Source of the DNA: an uncultured Clostridium sp.
Lineage (GTDB): Bacteria; Bacillota; Clostridia; TANB77; CAG-508
Direction: 5' to 3'
NCBI GenBank assembly: GCA_947388675.1
Contig: CANDRW010000004.1
Location: 1,671 to 65,670 of the forward strand
DNA length: 64,000 nucleotides
The position numbers were made by a program, and so were the translations under genes. Below are positions 57,463-64,000 of this stretch, in pieces (position 1 is the stretch's first letter; each line of letters starts with the position of its first letter). The notes under the pieces were generated by a model, which was not told the origin of the DNA, searched no databases, and saw nothing but the letters and a program-made list of their open reading frames with translations.

Positions 57463-58266
57463 TTAATTGCCATAAATATACTGATGCATAATAGAATATG
57501 CCCAATCAGCATCTTCAGATAAAAGCAGTTCATGGAAAACAGTGTAAAATCCTATAGAGATACTACTGTATCCAAAACCAGGTTTTTTAAACAAGGTCTG
57601 AGCAACAGAGCCATACTGCTTAAGGACATTGATAGCCAGCATACCTGCAAAAAGAATATACTCATCATAGGTAGTACAGTATTTCAACTTGTTAAACTTT
57701 TCGCCTTTGGTATAACACTTACGTACTTGGGGAGAAATGCGGTGCTCATAGGAAAGTCCTTTTTCGTCATTATCGTACTCACGTTTTAAGTAAGAAATAC
57801 AACTCATACCGTTTTCTAACTCATCAACAGTAGTTACTGCTTTAATGTAAGAGATACTTTCAGGCAAAAGAAGACCAATGTCAACATAGTCAAGTTTTCC
57901 ATGATAAAGCATCACATTTCGCAAAATAAGGACGTCTTTAGGAAAATTGGCAAAAGAAGTTCCATGAGCAATACAGAATTCGTCTAACATTTGGGCACCA
58001 GCGTCTTGATGAGAAAAATGATTATCATCAAGCTTTCCAGTTCTTTGATACTGAAACTTTCTGCCATCATCATGGTGCTCAGCGCAAATTAAGGTGAGCT
58101 CTGGATCCATTTCAGGAGAAATGAATAGATCTGGGAAATCCTTAAAGAGTTTGACAACTCTTTGAACATGTTCTGCCTTCCATTCTATTCCGGAAGCTTG
58201 AAACAGTTGAGTACATCGGTGAGCAAAATGGTAAGTAGAACAAACATGGCTCAACATAAGTTTCAT
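57463..58266 (-). CDS. hypothetical HD-like protein (267 aa), G+C above local background
   Basis: H...H then AEHHDDGRK, LYHG and VDELE resemble an HD metal-site arrangement; weak call. Confidence 0.5.
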   Translation of the reverse strand: MKLMLSHVCSTYHFAHRCTQLFQASGIEWKAEHVQRVVKLFKDFPDLFISPEMDPELTLICAEHHDDGRKFQYQRTGKLDDNHFSHQDAGAQMLDEFCIAHGTSFANFPKDVLILRNVMLYHGKLDYVDIGLLLPESISYIKAVTTVDELENGMSCISYLKREYDNDEKGLSYEHRISPQVRKCYTKGEKFNKLKYCTTYDEYILFAGMLAINVLKQYGSVAQTLFKKPGFGYSSISIGFYTVFHELLLSEDADWAYSIMHQYIYGN

Positions 58267-58604
58267 CCTTTCTTAATAATAGTATTACAGTAAGTAATTG
58301 CTCCAATTATATCATATAAAAATGAGAAAGTATAGAAAATTATGAATTAAAATAAAATAAAATCTAATCTAATTTATTTCAATCTCCTTATTGACATTGA
58401 ATTTTTTATTTTGATGATTATAAGCTTTTCTTTAAAACGGTGCCAATAAATGATGTGTTTGAAATGATTGAAACTCATTTTTAAACTGGGCAAGAAGATA
58501 GAATTGACATTATTACAATAGGTAGTTAGAAAAGATGAGAATGCGCATTATTTCACATTAACAGAAGAAAACTACAAATTTATTTAGGGATGAGGGCAAT
58601 GCGA

Positions 58605-58644
58605 TATAAGAGTAGGAAACTTTCTTAAGTTTCCTACTCTTATA
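58605..58644 (+). terminator. orphan 16-bp perfect hairpin upstream of the trpS promoter
   Basis: TATAAGAGTAGGAAAC, loop TTTCTTAA, GTTTCCTACTCTTATA; weak U-tract. Confidence 0.35.
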
Positions 58645-58646
58645 TC

Positions 58647-58675
58647 TTGTAAATTAAAGGAAAATCCAGTATAAT
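58647..58675 (+). promoter_or_regulatory. sigmaA-type promoter for trpS
   Basis: TTGTAA, 17 nt, TATAAT. Confidence 0.45.
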
Positions 58676-58716
58676 AGATGTGCAAGAAAAATAAACTAAG
58701 AATAAGGGATGATAAA

Positions 58717-59733
58717 ATGGAAGAAAAGAAAAAACGTATGTTATCAGGTGATAGACCAACAGGAAGATTACATATTGGTCATTATTTTGGCTCTCTTAAA
58801 ACAAGAGTAGAAATGCAAAATAGTGGGAAATATGATCCATATATATTAATTGCAGATGTGCAAGCATTAACTGACAATTTTAACAATCCAGAAAAAGTAA
58901 GGAAAAATGTAAAAGAAGTAATCTTAGATTATTTATCAATTGGAATTGACCCAGAAAAAACAACTATATATATTCAATCTATGATACCAGAAACAGCAGA
59001 ACTAACAGTTTTCTATTCTAATTTAGTGACAATTGCAAGATTAGAAAGAAATCCAACTGTTAAGACAGAAATTGCACAGAAAAAAGAAATTTTTGGTGAA
59101 AGTGTTACTTATGGATTTTTAGGGTATCCAGTTAGTCAAGCTGCTGACATTACAGTAGTGGATGGAGCAATAGTTCCAGTTGGTGAAGACCAATTGCCAT
59201 TAATTGAACAATGTAGGGAGATTGTACGAAAATTTAATAGTATTTATGGAGAAGTATTAACAGAGCCAGAAGCAGTTTTATCAAATGCAAAAAGAATTAA
59301 AGGGATAGATGGAAATGACAAAATGGGTAAATCATTAGGAAATGCTATCTATTTAGCAGATACAGAAGAAGAAGTTAACAAAAAAATTATGAGTGCTGTA
59401 ACAGACCCAGCAAGAATAAAAAAAGATGACCCAGGACATCCTGATGTATGTATGGTAGCATATTATCATAAGCTATTTAGCACAAACGAAGAAGTAAATT
59501 GCGTTTGTGAAGAATGTAAGGCTGGTACTAGAGGGTGTGTAGCTTGTAAAAAGCAATTGGCTCAAAATGTAAATCAATTCTTAGCACCAATAAGAGAAAA
59601 AAGAAAATATTATGAAGAACGTCCAGAATTAGTAGAGAAGATTTTAAAAGATGGAACTGAAAAGACAAGACAAACAGCAAAAGAAACTATAAAGAAAGTA
59701 AAACAAGCTATGAAGTTAAATTATTTTGAGTAA
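58717..59733 (+). CDS. trpS: tryptophan--tRNA ligase (with C-terminal Cys cluster)
   Basis: HIGH (GRLHIGHY), KMGKS, and a C-x21-C-x6-C-x2-C block at 59449-59547. Confidence 0.92.
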   Translation: MEEKKKRMLSGDRPTGRLHIGHYFGSLKTRVEMQNSGKYDPYILIADVQALTDNFNNPEKVRKNVKEVILDYLSIGIDPEKTTIYIQSMIPETAELTVFYSNLVTIARLERNPTVKTEIAQKKEIFGESVTYGFLGYPVSQAADITVVDGAIVPVGEDQLPLIEQCREIVRKFNSIYGEVLTEPEAVLSNAKRIKGIDGNDKMGKSLGNAIYLADTEEEVNKKIMSAVTDPARIKKDDPGHPDVCMVAYYHKLFSTNEEVNCVCEECKAGTRGCVACKKQLAQNVNQFLAPIREKRKYYEERPELVEKILKDGTEKTRQTAKETIKKVKQAMKLNYFE

Positions 59734-59771
59734 TTATGATTATAATTATTTCAAATATTTAATTAACATAA

Positions 59772-61046
<1,275 letters not shown>

Positions 61047-61067
61047 ATTAGAATGGGAAGATTAGAA

Positions 61068-61337
61068 TTAACTAATCTTCTTTCTTTGTCTAGGGTCTTC
61101 AAATAACTTTTCTATTGGTATTTCTAACGCTTTACTAATTTTCCATAAAGTAATAACACTAATGCCTTGTGGAATTTTTTCGCTTTCTAAATTACCAATT
61201 AAAGCAGTAGAAACATCTACTAATTCGGCTAAGTTTTCCTGCGTCATTTTGCCTTTGTCTAGATTATATAATTTTCTATAATATTTTACATTTGAACCAA
61301 TTATTTTAAATAATTCTTCCGAATTTAAATCTTTCAT
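61068..61337 (-). CDS. XRE-family helix-turn-helix regulator
   Basis: TQENLAELVDVSTALIGNLES HTH motif; 89 aa. Confidence 0.8.
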   Translation of the reverse strand: MKDLNSEELFKIIGSNVKYYRKLYNLDKGKMTQENLAELVDVSTALIGNLESEKIPQGISVITLWKISKALEIPIEKLFEDPRQRKKIS

Positions 61338-61478
61338 ATTTTCTCCTAAATATTTTTAAATTTTATGTATTAGTATACGATAAACTATCAAGTAAATACC
61401 GGCTTTGACAACTATTATACGATATATTTTCTAATTTTATAGAATAAAAAACAATATATTATAAATGATATTTTGTCA

Positions 61479-61507
61479 TTGACATTGATAAAACAAATTG
61501 GTATAAT
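61479..61507 (+). promoter_or_regulatory. consensus promoter with extended -10
   Basis: TTGACA, 17 nt ending in TGG, TATAAT. Confidence 0.5.
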
Positions 61508-61565
61508 AAATTAAAAATTGGAGAATAATATCAACAAATGAGAAAAAAATAGGAGGAAAGAACAT

Positions 61566-62633
61566 ATGAAAAGTAGTAAAACAACAACAGCTGGTATCAC
61601 ACTTGTAGCACTTGTTGTAACAATAGTGGTACTTTTAATTTTAGCAGGAATAACACTTACCTATGTATTGGGAGATAATAGTGTATTTAAACAAGCATCA
61701 CAAGCTAAAATAAAAACTGAGATAGGAAAAATAGAAGAAAGAGCGCAAATGATATATTCAGATAAGCTAATGGGAACTGCGAGTAGTACTTTAAGTACAA
61801 AAGTAGAAACAAGTGAAGTAATAGAGCAATTAAGAAATGAAGGATATACCATAGAACAAAGACCAGTAGCAGTAGGCGATATTACAGGAATTAGCTTAGA
61901 TAAAGAAAGCATGACAATAGGGAAAAATAAGACAGCAGAAATTAAAGTAACTTATGAAGGTGTAGATGAACCATTTGTATATTATGTAGAAGTACAAGGA
62001 AAATATTATCAAATGCATAGTAATAAAGGGTTTATTACGATAGATAGAGAAGCTTCCAATTTAACTAAGGCAGATTTTGAAAATAGCGGCGAAGGAACAA
62101 CAGCTACTTTAACAGTAACTAGTAGTGACGAAACAGTAGCAACAGCAAAAGTAAAAGAAGGAAGTAATAATACTATAGAAATTGAAGCGAAAGAAAAAGA
62201 TGAGGAAGCAATTATAACAGTAACATATGGCAACTATGAGAAGACATGCACAATAAAAGTAGTGGTACCAGTATTAGCAACAGATATTTCTTTAAATAGA
62301 ACTGCATATACAGTAACAGGTGGAGATTCATGGACAAATGATTTGCAGTTAGTAGCAACATTAAAACCAACGAATGTAATAGAAAAAGAAGTTACATGGA
62401 CAAGTAGTAATCCAGAAATAGCAACAGTAGATGATACAGGATTAGTAAAAGCAGGAACAAAAGGTGGGGATGTAACTATTACTGCAACTACAAAAGACGG
62501 AACAAATTTATCAGCAAAATGTAGTATAACAACTGAACTATTTTCAGAGATAAAAACAAGTACAACTTCATATACAGATAACGAAGGAAATACAGCAAAA
62601 ATACCACGGTGGTTTTGCTGTAGGAACAAGTGA
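61566..62633 (+). CDS. pilin-like N-terminus plus Big_2 (Ig-like) domain protein, 5' part of a frameshifted gene
   Basis: AGITLVALVVTIVVLLILAGI resembles a prepilin N-terminus but has Ala where Glu5 is expected; Big_2-like ITGISLDK.. and ATDISLN..VTWTSSNPEIATVDDTGLVKA. Confidence 0.65.
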   Translation: MKSSKTTTAGITLVALVVTIVVLLILAGITLTYVLGDNSVFKQASQAKIKTEIGKIEERAQMIYSDKLMGTASSTLSTKVETSEVIEQLRNEGYTIEQRPVAVGDITGISLDKESMTIGKNKTAEIKVTYEGVDEPFVYYVEVQGKYYQMHSNKGFITIDREASNLTKADFENSGEGTTATLTVTSSDETVATAKVKEGSNNTIEIEAKEKDEEAIITVTYGNYEKTCTIKVVVPVLATDISLNRTAYTVTGGDSWTNDLQLVATLKPTNVIEKEVTWTSSNPEIATVDDTGLVKAGTKGGDVTITATTKDGTNLSAKCSITTELFSEIKTSTTSYTDNEGNTAKIPRWFCCRNK

Positions 62634-62787
62634 GAATGTAAACAAAGTAACAGGTGGGGTAGTTATTCAAGACAATGAAGGGAATCAATTTGTATGGATA
62701 CCAGTAGGAAATATCAAGAAGGCAGATGGAACAACAGATACGATAACTTTAGGAAGATACACGTTTGCAAGTAATGGAACCCCAACT

Positions 62788-63411
62788 TTGCAACAAAATG
62801 CAACTAATTATGCAAGTACAGTGACTATAGAGAATTACTATCAAGAATTAACCAGTGGTTCTGGAAATACATCAGCTAAAAGTTTAAGTGCATTTGTAAG
62901 TAAAACGAATAGTAATGGTGGATATTATTTTGGAAGATATGAAGCGAGTCAAGGAACAGATAGAAAAGCAAAATCACAATATGATAAAACGGCCTGGGTT
63001 AGAATTACTCAACCTAGTGCAGCGACCAATGCTCAAAATATGTATAGTAGTAATTATGTAGAGAGTGACTTGATTAATAGCTATGCATGGGATACAGCAA
63101 TTGTATTTATTCAAAAGTATAGCGGAAATACGAACTATGCAAATCAAATCTCAATAAATTCTAGCTTATTAAATACAGGAATATCAAGAGATAAGGTGTG
63201 TAATATCTACGATATGGCTTCCAATTGCATGGAGTGGACAACAGAATATTCCACTGCCACAGGTAATAGTGCTAGTGGCGTTAGATACCCTTGTGTTTAT
63301 AGAGGCGGTCTTTGCAATAGTAGCCATTTCACTACGTCTTACCGTGACAATAGCCAGAAAGTTAGCGCTGTTAAGGATCTTTCTTTCCGCCTACTTTGCT
63401 ATTTAAAGTAA
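62788..63411 (+). CDS. FGE/SUMF1-like (C-type-lectin-fold) domain, 3' part of the same gene
   Basis: This frame is open from 62554; GGYYFGRYEAS, NSYAWDTA and IYDMASNCMEWTTEY motifs. Confidence 0.6.
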   Translation: MQQNATNYASTVTIENYYQELTSGSGNTSAKSLSAFVSKTNSNGGYYFGRYEASQGTDRKAKSQYDKTAWVRITQPSAATNAQNMYSSNYVESDLINSYAWDTAIVFIQKYSGNTNYANQISINSSLLNTGISRDKVCNIYDMASNCMEWTTEYSTATGNSASGVRYPCVYRGGLCNSSHFTTSYRDNSQKVSAVKDLSFRLLCYLK

Positions 63412-63560
63412 CACTATGCACTAGTTCACGTAATTGAAAAAGTGAGAGTATCATGAAATTTGTGTAAACTAAAAATATAGAAAGAAAAAAGGAAAAGACT
63501 AGAAAATTTTCGAGAGTAACGTGAAATTTCTGATGCACCTATAAATAAAACAGAATATCG

Positions 63561-63620
63561 AAAGATGTATGTTCTAAAGGGAAGTAAATTCTTATAAAAA
63601 CAAGAACATACATCTTTTTT
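63561..63620 (+). terminator. terminator (15-bp stem, long loop)
   Basis: AAAGATGTATGTTCT / AGAACATACATCTTT followed by a T-run. Confidence 0.5.
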
Positions 63621-63723
63621 GGTAATTAGGTAAAAAAAGTCAAACAAATATTTGACATTTTTTTGTTTGTATGCTATTATTGTATAGGATGAAAACAAAA
63701 ATGAAATTAAGGAGAGATGAAAC

Positions 63724-64000
63724 ATGCCAAGAAAAACAAAAGATCCAATGGCAATTAATAAGAGAGAAAAAGCAATTTTAAAATTTATTGAAAAAGAAAT
63801 GAATGAAAATGGATATGCTCCATCAGTAAGAGAAATTGGAAAAGCAGTAGGGCTAAAGTCAACTGCAACAGTACATAACTATTTAGCACAATTAGCTGAA
63901 AAAGGTTATATCAAAAAAGAAGAGCAAAAAGGAAGAACTTTAAGATTACTAAAAGGCGGTAATGGAGAAGATATAGCTAAAAAACAGGAAAACAAAAACT
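63724..64000 (+). CDS. lexA: LexA repressor (N-terminal part; runs off the window)
   Basis: REKAILKFIEKEMNENGYAPSVREIGKAVGLKSTATVHNYLAQLAEKGYI wHTH; GGAGAG RBS. Confidence 0.85.
   Translation, partial: MPRKTKDPMAINKREKAILKFIEKEMNENGYAPSVREIGKAVGLKSTATVHNYLAQLAEKGYIKKEEQKGRTLRLLKGGNGEDIAKKQENKN

Noticed and set aside
58560-58646. T-box riboswitch for trpS
   Set aside because: TTTAGGGATGAGGGCAATGCG matches the T-box consensus only partly (TTAGGG...GCG). There is no sequence able to form the antiterminator with the hairpin arm. A separate consensus-like promoter for trpS lies downstream of the hairpin. I kept it only as a possible relic.
63412-63723. SOS (LexA) box upstream of lexA, and likewise upstream of dinB at 10617-10653
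   Set aside because: Only half-sites are present (AGAACAT / ATGTTCT). They are the two arms of a long terminator hairpin 40 nt apart, not a GAAC-N4-GTTC operator. No convincing box lies near either promoter.
63426-63725. 99-aa minus-strand ORF between the FGE-like gene and lexA
   Set aside because: It spans a terminator hairpin and the lexA promoter region. It has no RBS, and its F/L/S/Y/I-rich sequence is typical of random AT-rich ORFs.

Overview
This is an AT-rich (by eye about one-third G+C) chromosomal segment from a spore-forming low-GC Firmicute, Clostridia-like; the exact taxon cannot be determined from sequence alone. Nearly all real genes are on the + strand and are housekeeping. 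In order: glycolytic operon gap-pgk-tpiA-[Uma2 insert]-gpmI-eno, tRNA-Gln, an LPXTG/VWA surface protein, ylmH-like, dinB, and a UDP-sugar pyrophosphorylase / unknown / GlmU-like operon. Then DUF421-DUF4363, dapA-HD-dapB, sufC plus sufB/D-like, an AbrB-RelE TA pair, asd, recG, an aldose epimerase, Fic, and T-box-DUF1653-valS. Then Rrf2-nifS-nifU-mnmA, spoIIAA-spoIIAB-sigF, spoIID plus an M23 (SpoIIQ-like) protein, addA, an S4 protein, dnaE, an FN3 protein plus a MacB/FtsX-type ABC pair, rplU-rpmA, trpS, obg, an XRE regulator, a pilin-like Big2/FGE protein and lexA (partial). The unusual content is mostly non-coding. (1) A single RAYT-like HUH/Y1 transposase gene (46365-46949) sits among REP/REPIN-like palindromic elements. 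These fall into two related subfamilies with at least 7 loci, and several supply the stop codon or C-terminus of the adjacent ORF. One pair brackets a Uma2 gene inside the glycolytic operon. (2) Two further families of 115-172 bp long-hairpin intergenic elements, plus one 182-bp singleton, have outer stems that differ between copies by compensated changes. Together with the REP units, all 13 element loci lie within 0-27 nt of a + strand stop codon. (3) Two GC-rich 122-aa orphan genes on the minus strand share a near-identical promoter and an operator-like palindrome. (4) A sugar-nucleotide operon encodes a GlmU-like protein whose uridylyltransferase signature is degenerate. (5) Four apparent single-base frameshifts occur (obg 3' end, FN3 protein 5' end in an A7 tract, the pilin-like/FGE gene, and the unknown ORF at 14.7 kb); these may be assembly errors or real. 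No rRNA, CRISPR array, prophage or recognisable multi-gene defence system was seen.
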